From contig CBDBHB010000007.1 in NCBI GenBank assembly GCA_965205505.1, forward strand, positions 448,001 through 512,000: a stretch of DNA of 64,000 bases. The letters are read 5' to 3'. The notes beneath the pieces were generated by a model that saw only the letters and a list, made by a program, of their open reading frames with translations, did no database searches and was not told the DNA's origin. Made by a program: the position numbers and the translations under genes. Below, one piece after another: positions 29,272-39,433 of this stretch. Origin of the DNA: Acidobacteriota bacterium (lineage in GTDB: Bacteria > Acidobacteriota > UBA890 > WLXD01). How positions within the stretch are numbered: position 1 is the first letter of the stretch; every line of letters starts with the position of its first letter.

Positions 29272-31007
29272 ACGAGGCGACTGCTCCTGCCTGCCGCAAC
29301 GGCAACTGGCGCGTGCGCTGCGGTATCTACACCCGCAAGTCCCACGAGCATGGGCTGGATCAAGCCTTCAACTCCCTGCAGGCGCAGCGTGAAGCTTGTG
29401 AGGCCTATATCGCGAGCCAGAAGCACGAAGGCTGGATGGCTCTACCCAATCACTATGACGATGGCGGTGTATCCGGCGCCACGATGAATCGGCCAGGGTT
29501 GCAGCGTCTGCTGGCCGATATTCAAGACGGGCGGATCGACGTCATCGTGGTGTACAAGGTGGACCGGCTGACCCGGGCGTTATCGGACTTCGCCCACATC
29601 GTGGAGGTGTTGGACCGGTACGAGGTGTCGTTCGTGTCGGTAACCCAGCAGTTCAACACCACCAGCTCGATGGGCCGGCTGACGCTCAACGTGCTGCTGT
29701 CATTCGCGCAGTTCGAGCGCGAGGTCACCGGTGAGCGCATTCGCGACAAGATCGCCGCCTCCAAGAAAAGAGGTCTGTGGATGGGAGGCAACCCGCCCCT
29801 GGGCTACGACGTCCAGGACCGGAAGCTGATTGTCAACGAGCCGGAGGCCGGAACCGTCCGCTATATCTTCCGCCTGTACCGTCAGCTCCGATCGGTGCGG
29901 GAGCTACGTGAGCGGCTCGGGGCCGAGGGCGTCACTAGCAAGCGCCGGGTGCTGCGCGACGGCCGCGTCACCGGTGGCAAGCCCATCAACCGGGGGGCGC
30001 TCTACTACCTGCTGCGCAACCGCATCTACCGGGGACAGATCGTCCACAAGGACAAGGCCTATCCCGGCGAACATGAAGCCATCATCGATCGGGAGCTGTG
30101 GGATGCGGTGCAGGCGACCCTGACCGACAACACCCGGGGCACCCGCCGCCGGGGCTCCCGGCGGCCCAGCCTGCTTACGGGCCTGCTGGTGGACGAGCAG
30201 GGCGAAGGCCTCACGCCCACCCATGCGGTTAAGAAGAACCGGCGCTACCGCTATTACGTCTCCCGCCACCTGATCATCGAGGGCAAGCAAGCCGACCGCA
30301 AGGGGTGGCGCATCCCAGCGGCGGATCTGGAGGGTCTCGTCGTGGCCCGTCTGCGGGAATGGCTCGGTGATCCGGCAGCGGTGAGCGCTGTGGTGCAAGG
30401 CGACCGCCCCGATGCAGCAGCCCTAGCAGCTTTGATCGCCAGCGCCAAGAAGCTCGCCGAACGGTGGCCGAGCCTGAAACAGGATCAAGCCAGGGCGTAT
30501 CTCAAGAGCCTCCTGCGGCGCGTCATCATCCGGTCCGGCAGCATCCAGATCCAGATCGCCGCGGACCGGGTCACCGAGGCGGTGTGCTCGGAGCCCGATG
30601 GCGGGCCGGTGCTGCCATCAACCCTCACCCACGACACCATCACCCTGGAGATCCCCGCCGTGCTCCAGCGCGCCGGCATGGCGGTGAGGCTGATCGTCCC
30701 CGGCGCCGGGGACGAGCCCCGGCCGGACCCGAGCCTGATGCGGCTGCTCGTGCGCGCCTTCGGGATCCGTGATCGACTGGACCGCAACCCCGATCTCACG
30801 ATCCAAAGGATCGCCGAGGCCGAGGGTGTGGTGGCCTCCTACGCCACCCGACTGCTGCGGTTGAGCTTCCTGGCGCCGGACATCGTCGCGGCCATCCTCG
30901 AAGGCCGCCCGCCGCTGGAGTTAACCGCCAACAAGCTCATGCGCGACACGCGACTGCCTCTGGAATGGACCGCGCAGCGGCAGCGTCTAGGGTTTCCGAC
31001 CGCTTAG
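29268..31007 (+). CDS. Large serine recombinase
   Basis: CGIYTRKS, NSLQAQREAC, VYKVDRLTR and FAQFERE; C-terminal LSFLAPDIVAAILEG; TTG start overlaps the DUF2924 stop. Confidence 0.92.
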   Translation: MNEATAPACRNGNWRVRCGIYTRKSHEHGLDQAFNSLQAQREACEAYIASQKHEGWMALPNHYDDGGVSGATMNRPGLQRLLADIQDGRIDVIVVYKVDRLTRALSDFAHIVEVLDRYEVSFVSVTQQFNTTSSMGRLTLNVLLSFAQFEREVTGERIRDKIAASKKRGLWMGGNPPLGYDVQDRKLIVNEPEAGTVRYIFRLYRQLRSVRELRERLGAEGVTSKRRVLRDGRVTGGKPINRGALYYLLRNRIYRGQIVHKDKAYPGEHEAIIDRELWDAVQATLTDNTRGTRRRGSRRPSLLTGLLVDEQGEGLTPTHAVKKNRRYRYYVSRHLIIEGKQADRKGWRIPAADLEGLVVARLREWLGDPAAVSAVVQGDRPDAAALAALIASAKKLAERWPSLKQDQARAYLKSLLRRVIIRSGSIQIQIAADRVTEAVCSEPDGGPVLPSTLTHDTITLEIPAVLQRAGMAVRLIVPGAGDEPRPDPSLMRLLVRAFGIRDRLDRNPDLTIQRIAEAEGVVASYATRLLRLSFLAPDIVAAILEGRPPLELTANKLMRDTRLPLEWTAQRQRLGFPTA

Positions 31008-31216
31008 TCTTTGAATGGGCACCGTCAACGGCCAAAAACCCGTACCACCGCAAGGGGCTCGAGAGACATCGGCGCCGCAAGCTGGCGCCGGAGCGCACCG
31101 TGGTGTCTCTGTTGGCTTCAGGGGCAGCATCGAGTACCGCTAAAGTCCTGAGAATAAAAGGGATATAGGCGGCGGTCTTGATAACTCCCGCAGTAATCTC
31201 AATGGCTCAAGTGGTA

Positions 31217-31229
31217 GGCGGAGAGGGTG
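31217..31229 (-). other. Possible att core: tRNA-Ser-like 3' end CACCCTCTCCGCC
   Basis: GGCGGAGAGGGTG lies between the LSR unit and the tyrosine integrase; the match is short. Confidence 0.45.
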
Positions 31230-31377
31230 TCCGCAGACATAGGGTTTCGTCAGGGTTCGGGAAGTTCCGATAGGATCGTATATCGTATTGATAGTCAGTC
31301 ATTTATGGTTCCTTGATGCTTCAAGGCGTTTCGGGTAGTCTCACTTTCTATGTGGGATATAGAAGGGGGACAAAACG

Positions 31378-32559
31378 ATGCCTCGAAGCGGCAAGAAACT
31401 GTCGGCGGCGTTCGTCAAGACGGTCACGAACCCCGGCAAGTACTACGATCAGAACGGCTTGATCCTACGGGTGCTGCTCAACGGCGGCAAGCAGTGGGTG
31501 CAACGGCTGGTCATTCACGGCAAGCGCCGGGACCTGGGGCTGCGGACCTATCCGCTAGTGTCGCTGGCTGAAGCACGCCAACAGGCATTCGAGAACCGAA
31601 AGCTGGCACGTGCCGGCGGCGATCCGGCGGTGCGCCGTCCCGACATGCCGAGCTTCGCGCAAGCCGCCGAGAAGGTCATCGAGATGCACCGCGCTTCCTG
31701 GAAGGAGGGCGGCAAGAGCGCGGCGCAGTGGGAAGCGTCCCTTCGCGACTACGTGTTGCCCCGCATCGGAGACAAGCGCGTCGACCAGGTGAATACGGCG
31801 GACGTGATGGCCGTGTTGCTGCCGATCTGGTCCGACAAGCCGGAAACCGCACGGCGGGTGCGCCAGCGCATCGGCGCGGTGATGAAGTGGGCTGTTGCTC
31901 AAGGCTTGCGGCAGGACAACCCGGCCGGCGACGCTATCGCCCAGGCACTGCCACGGCACCACAAGGTCAAACAACACATGCGCGCCTTGCCGCATGGTGA
32001 AGTGGCGGGCGCCATCGCGGTCGTGCGTGCCTCGAACGCTTCGGTGGCTGTGAAGCTGGCCTTCGAGTTTCTAGTGCTGACCGCGTGCCGGTCTGGCGAG
32101 GTACGGCTTGCGACGTGGGATGAAATCGACATGGACGCCCGCGAGTGGACGGTTCCGGGCGAGCGGATGAAGTCCAAGCGTCCGCACCGGGTACCATCAT
32201 CCGGGTCTGCTGTCGAGATCCTGGCCAAGGCGCGGGTGCTGTCGGACGGGACGGGCCTGGTGTTTCCGTCACCGACAGGAAAAGCGCTGTCCGACAACAC
32301 GCTGTCCAAGCTGTTGCGACAGCTCAACATCGCCGCCGTGCCGCACGGGTTCCGTTCATCGTTCCGGGACTGGGCGGCGGAATGCACGAACGCGCCCCGT
32401 GCCGTCATGGAAGCGGCGTTGGCGCACGTCGTGGGAGGCGTCGAAGGCGCTTACGCGCGTTCGGACCTGTTCGAGCGACGGCGAAAGCTTATGGACGACT
32501 GGGCAGCTTATCTGAGCCAGGAGCGGGGCCAGATGATCGCTATGGTGCGCCGTGGATAG
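31378..32559 (+). CDS. P4-like tyrosine integrase
   Basis: Arm-binding N-terminus (GKYYDQNGLILRV); catalytic R (TACRSGE), K, HGFR, H (LAH) and Y (AYAR) all present. Confidence 0.93.
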   Translation: MPRSGKKLSAAFVKTVTNPGKYYDQNGLILRVLLNGGKQWVQRLVIHGKRRDLGLRTYPLVSLAEARQQAFENRKLARAGGDPAVRRPDMPSFAQAAEKVIEMHRASWKEGGKSAAQWEASLRDYVLPRIGDKRVDQVNTADVMAVLLPIWSDKPETARRVRQRIGAVMKWAVAQGLRQDNPAGDAIAQALPRHHKVKQHMRALPHGEVAGAIAVVRASNASVAVKLAFEFLVLTACRSGEVRLATWDEIDMDAREWTVPGERMKSKRPHRVPSSGSAVEILAKARVLSDGTGLVFPSPTGKALSDNTLSKLLRQLNIAAVPHGFRSSFRDWAAECTNAPRAVMEAALAHVVGGVEGAYARSDLFERRRKLMDDWAAYLSQERGQMIAMVRRG

Positions 32560-33229
32560 GAACCGCCGCAAGGCTTGGGACGCAGCATTCGCCAAGCTCG
32601 ACGAGGGATCGAAGGTTTGGGAACTGCCGACCGAGGAACAGCAAGCGTTGCTTTGCCCTGGCCTGTTCGAGGGATTGAGTGATGTAGAGGCCGCCGAGGA
32701 GGCGGCCAACGTCGTGTGCTACTGGCTGCACGGGCGGAACCTATCCCCTATTAAGACGCGCGGTTCGGTGGAAGCGGACAACTGGTTCGCAATGAAGGCG
32801 GTGTGGGGCGAGGAGCGCCAAGCCGAGAAGTTGCGGAACATGATCGAGGCTAGCGTTGTCGATCCCGACTATTGGGAGGCGCTGAAACTTATTGTGGTTC
32901 GCCTGCTTGGGACCGGCCAAATGTTTCCCGATGACCTGGCCGACTGGGCCATCGCGTTTTTTAAGGATGAGCTGAAACCGCCCCCGAAACACAGGGGAGA
33001 CAAGGGGCACCCGTACTATGCGCAGGAGAATCGGAACTTCGCGATTGCGGAGGTCTTCAACCTGCTCGGGTATTTGGGCTTGGACCGAAAGATGGTTCGC
33101 TATTGGGTGCTGAGCAAGCGCTTCGGTCTTGACGAGCGCACCGTGATGAACGCGATCGATTCCGCCGCCAAGCTCGACGGGAAACTCCCGCTGCCGTGGG
33201 AATGTTGGCCGCCCCCGCCCAACCGATGA
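32552..33229 (+). CDS. Hypothetical protein (satellite)
   Basis: 225-aa ORF overlapping the int stop, upstream of alpA. Confidence 0.6.
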   Translation: MDRNRRKAWDAAFAKLDEGSKVWELPTEEQQALLCPGLFEGLSDVEAAEEAANVVCYWLHGRNLSPIKTRGSVEADNWFAMKAVWGEERQAEKLRNMIEASVVDPDYWEALKLIVVRLLGTGQMFPDDLADWAIAFFKDELKPPPKHRGDKGHPYYAQENRNFAIAEVFNLLGYLGLDRKMVRYWVLSKRFGLDERTVMNAIDSAAKLDGKLPLPWECWPPPPNR

Positions 33230-33328
33230 CCCAGCGCGTCCATTTGAAGGCTATCGGCAGATAGCCCGCTAACGCTCGCACCGTCTCTTCACCAATCATG
33301 TGGTCCATCTTGTCGAAAGGAGGACCGC

Positions 33329-33532
33329 ATGTCTGAACCGAGGATTATACGGCGGGCTGAAGTTGAGCGACGGACCGGGGTAGCGAAAGCGACGCTCTAC
33401 AGAATGATGGCGGCGGGAAAGTTCCCGCGCCCGGTCCAGCTGAGCGTGCGCTGCGTTGGTTGGCGCCTGGATGAAATAAACGAGTGGATCGCGTCCCGCG
33501 AGCGGGCTGGCACCGACCGGCCGGCAGCCTAA
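33329..33532 (+). CDS. alpA: AlpA-family regulator/excisionase
   Basis: IIRRAEVERRTGVAKATLYRMMAAGKFPRPVQL..VGW; AGGAGG RBS. Confidence 0.9.
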   Translation: MSEPRIIRRAEVERRTGVAKATLYRMMAAGKFPRPVQLSVRCVGWRLDEINEWIASRERAGTDRPAA

Positions 33533-33621
33533 GCGCGTCCCGTGGAGAAGCTCGAGGCGCGCTTGAGAGGAGTTAGTTACCCTCGACGCGCAGCGGTGCG
33601 GCGCCTAGTGACGAGGCCGCG

Positions 33622-34488
33622 GTGCCAGTGAGATCCCGGCGCGACGGCGCCGTGCTCGCCGCATGCCTCGACCTGCGACGCGTCGGCCGCGAGTGGAGTG
33701 GACCCTGTCCGCGCTGCGGCGGCCGCGACCGGTTCCACGTGCGCGCCGACGGCCTGTTCGGCTGCCGCGGCTGCGGCGAGGATTCGCGCGGCCTGTACCG
33801 CGCCGTCTTGGAGGCGGCCGGTGAGTGGAGAGCCCGCCCCGAGACGCGAACGCGCCGGCGGCCGCCCTGCGAGCGCAAGACCAAGCCAGCGCTAGGCCGT
33901 CGCCGCCTGGCACGCGCCGCCTGGACCGCGGCCAGACCCGCTCTCGACACACCGGCCGAAGCGTACTTGCGACGGCGCGGCGGCTGGCGCGAGACGTTGC
34001 CGCCGTCAGTGCGGTGGCTTCGACTGGCCGACGTGCCCGCGGCCATGATGCCCCGCCGACTCACCGAGCCCGCCGCGGTCACTGGCCTGGTGCTGTTCGC
34101 TTACACGCGCGGCACCGCCGTGCACAGCGTTAAGTGCGAGGCGCTGGCCGACAACGGCGAGCGACTGCAGGATGACGCCGGCCCCTACAAACGCAACTAC
34201 GGAGCCCGCGACGGTGCGCTGTTCGTGGCGCTCGATGCGCCCGGCGGCGACTGGCACCTGACGGAGGGGGAGGCCGACGCGCTGGCCGTGGCGGCCGACC
34301 TGTCAGAGCGCGCCGAGCCTGGCCTGAACGCCACGTCGCGGCTGTTATCCGAGCTCACCCGCGCCGGCAAGTCTGCGGCCGTGCGCCCCTGCTACCAAGC
34401 CGACGACCCGGCCGGCGAGATGGAAGCACCACGCGAGCAAGCGGGCAGCGCTGCTGCCAGGTCCCCAGATAAGGAACGCAATGTCTGA
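33622..34488 (+). CDS. P4-type Zn-ribbon/TOPRIM primase-like protein (TOPRIM possibly shortened)
   Basis: GPCPRCGGRDRF..GCRGC; TPAEAYLRRR; LTEGEADALAV. Confidence 0.75.
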   Translation: MPVRSRRDGAVLAACLDLRRVGREWSGPCPRCGGRDRFHVRADGLFGCRGCGEDSRGLYRAVLEAAGEWRARPETRTRRRPPCERKTKPALGRRRLARAAWTAARPALDTPAEAYLRRRGGWRETLPPSVRWLRLADVPAAMMPRRLTEPAAVTGLVLFAYTRGTAVHSVKCEALADNGERLQDDAGPYKRNYGARDGALFVALDAPGGDWHLTEGEADALAVAADLSERAEPGLNATSRLLSELTRAGKSAAVRPCYQADDPAGEMEAPREQAGSAAARSPDKERNV

Positions 34489-35710
34489 GCGCGATCACCC
34501 GCGAGACAATGAATCCCAGGCCGACAACCTGCGCGCGGTGATTCTCACCGCATTGACGACGGACGCAGATCGCAGCGACCGGCTAGACGCCGTGCGCCGT
34601 GTCTACGAGGCCACGCCGGAGACACCGCTCGAGCGCGACGAGGACCTAGTGGCGCGCATTGTCGGGCCGGCGCTCGATGCAGACCGCACCGGCAAGACGC
34701 CGGAGGGCACCGAGGCAGAGGCGGCCGCTCTTGCCGCCAAGCTCATAGCAGCCCGTCCGGCGGAACCGTGCCCGGCGCTGGTGAAAGACCTACCGCGTTC
34801 GCTGCCCGAGGCTCTGATCCAATACTCGCCCGATGTGGCCGACGGCGCGCTGCTCGTGGCGGGCACCGTGACCGTGATCTCCGGCGCTGGCGGCGTCGGC
34901 AAATCTCGCCTCGCACTGCAGCTCGCCATGACCGTCGCCGGAGCGCCGCCCGGCGCATGGGCGAGCACCGGATTCGGGCTCGACGTGCGCGGCGGCCCGG
35001 TGCTCATGGCCGGCTACGAGGACGACCCCGGTGTCGTGCGCTGGCGGTCCGAGACCATGGCGTCGGCCGGCGTCGTCGAGCACCTGCGCGCCGGGTTCGA
35101 TGGCGACGCGCTGTACCACCTGAACATGTGCGGCCATCCGATCTTCGGCCCCGCCGAAGACAGCCGCGGCCTGTACAACGCGCGGCCCGGCAAGCTGCCC
35201 GGCTGGAAGGTGCTGTGGCGGCATGCGCGCGAGCTCCGCGCCCGCCTGGTGATCGTTGATCCGGCCACGTGCGCTTACGTCGGCGAGAGCAACGCGCTCG
35301 CCCCGGTGCGCGAGTTCCTGCACGCGCTAGCCAACGAGGCCGGCGAGATCGGCGCCGGGGTCCTGCTAGTGACGCACGGCAACAAGGCGAGCCGGAGCAA
35401 GGACGCACCGCGCGACGATCCCGGCCGTGTCGGTGGATCGGCGGCATGGGTAGACGGGGCACGCGGTGCGCTCACCATGGCCCCGACCATGCGCGACAAG
35501 ACCAACGCTAAGGGCAAGGGCAAGACGGACCGCGAGCGAGTGTCCGGGCGATGGGATCTCGTGGTGGCGAAGGCCAACTACGGGGCGACCGGTGTGTGCC
35601 TGGAGCTCGACGAACTCGCCGACTCCAAGAAGCGACCCGTCGCCTACCGCCAGGCGACCGCAGTGGGCCTCGACGCAGTGGCGTCGGTGGACTACGGGAG
35701 TCACCTGTGA
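34481..35710 (+). CDS. RepA-type (AAA_25) replicative helicase
   Basis: GAGGVGKS, YEDD, LVIVDP, LVTHGNK, GSAAWVDGAR and KANYG. Confidence 0.85.
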   Translation: MSERDHPRDNESQADNLRAVILTALTTDADRSDRLDAVRRVYEATPETPLERDEDLVARIVGPALDADRTGKTPEGTEAEAAALAAKLIAARPAEPCPALVKDLPRSLPEALIQYSPDVADGALLVAGTVTVISGAGGVGKSRLALQLAMTVAGAPPGAWASTGFGLDVRGGPVLMAGYEDDPGVVRWRSETMASAGVVEHLRAGFDGDALYHLNMCGHPIFGPAEDSRGLYNARPGKLPGWKVLWRHARELRARLVIVDPATCAYVGESNALAPVREFLHALANEAGEIGAGVLLVTHGNKASRSKDAPRDDPGRVGGSAAWVDGARGALTMAPTMRDKTNAKGKGKTDRERVSGRWDLVVAKANYGATGVCLELDELADSKKRPVAYRQATAVGLDAVASVDYGSHL

Positions 35711-37356
35711 GCGGCGATCGGGCGGCCCTGCGCGCTGCCACGATGAAGGCACGCCACGAGGCCGAAGCCTACGCGGCGCTGCACGCTGAGCTCGTAGCGG
35801 ACGGCGAGGCCGATGCGGGCGACCCGCCCCCGGAGCCGGAGCAGATTCGCCGCTTACTCACCACTGGTCGTGACCCGGTGGCCGTGCTCGGGATGTTGCA
35901 CACCGCCGTCCCGGATCTGCCAGCCCCGCCGCGTGACGGCGTCACCAGCGTCGCCCTCTCAGTGTTGCGGCGCGCCGAGGGCCTGGTCCGACCTAATCTT
36001 GGGACGGAGCACGTTGTGCTGACGCTCCAGTGCACGCCTCCTCCGCTGCCGGCGGCGGTACTGACGATCGCTATCGGGCTCGACGTGTACGGTGTGAAGG
36101 TTCCCCACATCGCGGACGGGGATCCACCGGTGCGGATGCTCCTTGGAGAGGATCTCCACCAGTTGTGGACCCTGACACCCGAGCTCAAACACCCACTCGC
36201 GCCGCTCGTGCGCTGGTGGTGCAAGCGGCCGCAGCCGCTCGATCGGCGCCACCTGATCACGCCGGCGATCCTGCGCGGCGATGAGCCTCGGCCACTCGTT
36301 CGAGCGCCGGCCGTTGTGGACCTGTGCATGCTCTCGCCTGTCGAGGCGGTACTGGTCGATGACATCCCGCTCGCCTCAGCGGCGCCGGCCATGCAAGCGT
36401 ACCGCCGGCGACCGATGCGACGCCCCCCCAATCAAGGCGAGCTCAGATTCGCAGGACCTCGCAGCGTAGGCCGTGTGCCGGTGGTGAATCCGATCATCGC
36501 CGCGGTAGAGTCGCTGCCGCTCACCGGCGACGAGCACAACCTGATTCGGGCCGACGTGATCCGACTCGCTGAGCTTGCATACGCGCTCACCGGCCCGGCG
36601 ACCGTGCCCGACGATGCCGGCGCTCGATTCATCGCCGGCGGTGCGGTGACCGATGCCACGCTGCGTCGGTGGTGGAATGCCTGCGCGGTGTTTGGGACCG
36701 CGCTGATGACAATCAACGAGCGCACAAGGGAATGGCTCGACCTTGGTATTGCAACGCACACGCCTGATCTCGGTGTCGTCGAGCTGAGCCCGCCGGCCTG
36801 GTGGCACGGCAAAGGCAAGTTCGTACGGTGGCGTCTGTCCGGTGGCCTGTGGCGCCCGGCGCTCTCGGATGGCAAGCGTGGCGCAGGCGGTACGGCAGAA
36901 CGTCGATCTGCCCTGCATCGAACCGTGGCCGGCCTGGAGTCGCGCCTCGCGTACACGCCGGCTGCCGGCCGCGGCAAACATGGGCGCATCCCCTCCGCGC
37001 ATCGACCGGTACGGCCCGGACGCGCAGGCCACCAGGTGTTTGTACCGTGGCGCGAGGTGCTCACGCTGGCTGGCGAGCACGTGCCACCAGATGCGGGCGC
37101 CAAGTCGAAAGACGGGCGCCGATACGGACGGCGCGTTGTGGCGCTCGTCGAGACCGGCTATCACGTGCCCGTCACCGGCGGCGCAGCACCGGCCGGCGAC
37201 ACGGTGGAGATCGTCAAGCAGGTTCGAGGCGGCCGCGGCCGCGAAGCCGGCTTGGTGATCCGCGCATCGGCGCTGTTCTGCGAGGCCGTCCTGCGCTCGC
37301 AGCGGCGCTCGAACTGGGAGCGTATCCCGGCGGTTCGAGTGCTCGGCGAGAACTAG
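35707..37356 (+). CDS. Unknown 549-aa protein, last gene of the satellite replication operon
   Basis: GTGA overlap with the helicase stop; long open frame with no recognisable motif. Confidence 0.65.
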   Translation: MSGDRAALRAATMKARHEAEAYAALHAELVADGEADAGDPPPEPEQIRRLLTTGRDPVAVLGMLHTAVPDLPAPPRDGVTSVALSVLRRAEGLVRPNLGTEHVVLTLQCTPPPLPAAVLTIAIGLDVYGVKVPHIADGDPPVRMLLGEDLHQLWTLTPELKHPLAPLVRWWCKRPQPLDRRHLITPAILRGDEPRPLVRAPAVVDLCMLSPVEAVLVDDIPLASAAPAMQAYRRRPMRRPPNQGELRFAGPRSVGRVPVVNPIIAAVESLPLTGDEHNLIRADVIRLAELAYALTGPATVPDDAGARFIAGGAVTDATLRRWWNACAVFGTALMTINERTREWLDLGIATHTPDLGVVELSPPAWWHGKGKFVRWRLSGGLWRPALSDGKRGAGGTAERRSALHRTVAGLESRLAYTPAAGRGKHGRIPSAHRPVRPGRAGHQVFVPWREVLTLAGEHVPPDAGAKSKDGRRYGRRVVALVETGYHVPVTGGAAPAGDTVEIVKQVRGGRGREAGLVIRASALFCEAVLRSQRRSNWERIPAVRVLGEN

Positions 37357-37368
37357 GTCGATGTTGTT

Positions 37369-37485
37369 CCGAATGCCGTCCACCAAACTCCCGAATGCCG
37401 TCCACCTATCTCCGGTATATCCCCCACCAGCATTGAAAGTCGGTGCACCCCTACGTCTCTACGACCCTAGGAGTGAGACGTAGGG
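37369..37485. promoter_or_regulatory. Putative replication origin: two 16-bp direct repeats plus an 11-bp inverted repeat
   Basis: CCGAATGCCGTCCACC at 37369 and 37391 (22-bp period); CCCTACGTCTC...GAGACGTAGGG at ~37448-37485. Confidence 0.5.
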
Positions 37486-37819
37486 ACGGCCTGACGGCCG
37501 GCCGCCCTACGCTCTGAAAACCTACCAGAACAACCCGCCGGAACACCGAAAGGGTGAGACCTCGACGCGGCCGAAATCTCGGAAATCACAGCCCCCTATA
37601 CCCGAGTGAGCCCCTGTCGAAAGTGCGGAAAAGTGCGCCCCCTGGCTCGGCGGGCTTGAGATCACACCATGCCGCGGGCGGCGGTGTTGCATAAAACCGC
37701 ACCAGTCGGTGTGCGCAACGGTGATCAGCGATGTCGCAAAGATGTTGCAGCGTGGGCACTGGTGATCGATGTCCGCTGCACCACCCCCCGAGCTGGTAGC
37801 ACTTCCATGAGTAACACCG

Positions 37820-38542
37820 CGGGACGAACTCATCCTGGCTCTCGACCTCTATTTCCGAGAACCGGCTGCTAGAGGCAGCAAGTCCCACCCAGCTGTGATT
37901 GAGCTCAGCGGGGTTCTCAACGCGTTGCCGGTTCACGCCGGGAAGTTGCTCGATACGGACTTCAGGAACGCGAACGGCGTCTCGATGAAACTCAGCAACT
38001 TCCTGCGATTCGATCCGGACTACGAGGGATCTGGTTTGACAAGAGGATCCCGGCTCGAGGAAGAGGTATGGGGAACGTTCGCGGACGACCGCAACCATCT
38101 CGGAAGAGTCGTAGCCGCAATCCGGGAAAACATCGGGAGCCGGTCTATTGAACCCACAGGCGCCCTGGCTGGCAACGACACGGTCGAGGCTGAAGAAGGC
38201 CGAATCTTGTCTCGGGTGCATCGAACTCGCGAACGCAGCCGGAAACTTGTGCGGAAGAGGAAAGACCAGGTGATTCGCGCTACCGGCCGGCTTGCATGCG
38301 AAGCTTGCCAATTCGATTTCCGAGCCGGGTACGGTGAGCGCGGCGATGGCTACGCCGAGTGCCACCACACGAAACCTCTAAGCGAGTTGAAGCCCAGTCA
38401 GAAGACGCGGCTAGACGACCTGGCCATTGTTTGCGCCAACTGCCATCGAATGATCCATCGACGTCGACCATGGCTTACGATCGAAGAGCTCAGAGAAGTG
38501 ATCGATCAGCGTGAACGCCGCCTGACAAGGACCAGCCGCTGA
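37820..38542 (+). CDS. McrA-like HNH endonuclease (start codon region damaged or uncertain)
   Basis: RDELILALDLYF, RNANGVSMKLSNF, EEGR..HRTRER, CEAC, ECHH and VCANCHRMIH. Confidence 0.8.
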   Translation, partial: RDELILALDLYFREPAARGSKSHPAVIELSGVLNALPVHAGKLLDTDFRNANGVSMKLSNFLRFDPDYEGSGLTRGSRLEEEVWGTFADDRNHLGRVVAAIRENIGSRSIEPTGALAGNDTVEAEEGRILSRVHRTRERSRKLVRKRKDQVIRATGRLACEACQFDFRAGYGERGDGYAECHHTKPLSELKPSQKTRLDDLAIVCANCHRMIHRRRPWLTIEELREVIDQRERRLTRTSR

Positions 38543-38641
38543 CCCGTCGCGCTTCTCACTGCCGCTGCATGCGCAGCGCTCGCACGAATCGGAGCTTGGC
38601 CGGAGGCGCCCGTAACTCGCCGAAACGCAAAGCAGCATCGC

Positions 38642-39433
38642 CTAAGTCGGCCACCCTCGGAGACCCTCGACGATTTCCGTCCAGCCGGCGGCGTCCTCTT
38701 CCTCCAAGCTCTCCCGGATTGCCTCGACGTACGCGCGTAGTCTCTCGGGAGACGGCTCGCCCGTGTGTACCAGCCACGTGAGAAACACCAGAAGTGTGTC
38801 GAGACAGTCGAGCTTGCAGTATTCCTCGACGATGCTGTCTTCGCCCCCCAAGATATGGTCGTAGATCGGCTCCGTGAGGAACGCCTTGCCCGGAATGCCG
38901 AACAGCTCACACATCCGTCCGAGCCCGACACGATGGGACGCTCCGTAGCCTGAGAGAACATCCATGAGGTCGACGTGCATGTCGTGGAAGCGACTCTGGT
39001 AGTTGTTCCACTTCCACTCCCCGTCCGTTCGGTAGAACTTGGGTGCCGAGATGCCGTGCAGCATGGAGCGGTAGCGAATCACCGGTAGGTCGAAACCGTT
39101 GCCGTTCCAGGAGACCAGCCGTGGTTGTTTGTCAGCCCAGCGGAACATCGAGAAGAAGCCCTCGAGGTGGCTGCGTTCGTCCATTGCCTCGCCACCCAGA
39201 ACCGCAAGCCTGAAGCTGTTGGACTCCGGGTCCAGGCACGCGACCCCGATGGTCACCACCCGATGGAAGGGGAGCTGCGGGTACTCTGTACGCCCGTCCG
39301 TCTCCTCCATCCGCAGGCTGACCATCTCGTGGACAACGGCGTGGTCGTCTCCGGCCAAGCCGAGCACCCGGCGTCCGATGTCGGGATCGGGGATGGTCTC
39401 GATGTCGAAGGCGACGATGGGGCGGTCGAGCAT
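38642..39433 (-). CDS. PolB-type 3'-5' exonuclease (DnaQ-like)
   Basis: AFDIET, SWNGNGFDLP, HVDLMD and EYCKLD. Confidence 0.85.
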   Translation of the reverse strand: MLDRPIVAFDIETIPDPDIGRRVLGLAGDDHAVVHEMVSLRMEETDGRTEYPQLPFHRVVTIGVACLDPESNSFRLAVLGGEAMDERSHLEGFFSMFRWADKQPRLVSWNGNGFDLPVIRYRSMLHGISAPKFYRTDGEWKWNNYQSRFHDMHVDLMDVLSGYGASHRVGLGRMCELFGIPGKAFLTEPIYDHILGGEDSIVEEYCKLDCLDTLLVFLTWLVHTGEPSPERLRAYVEAIRESLEEEDAAGWTEIVEGLRGWPT

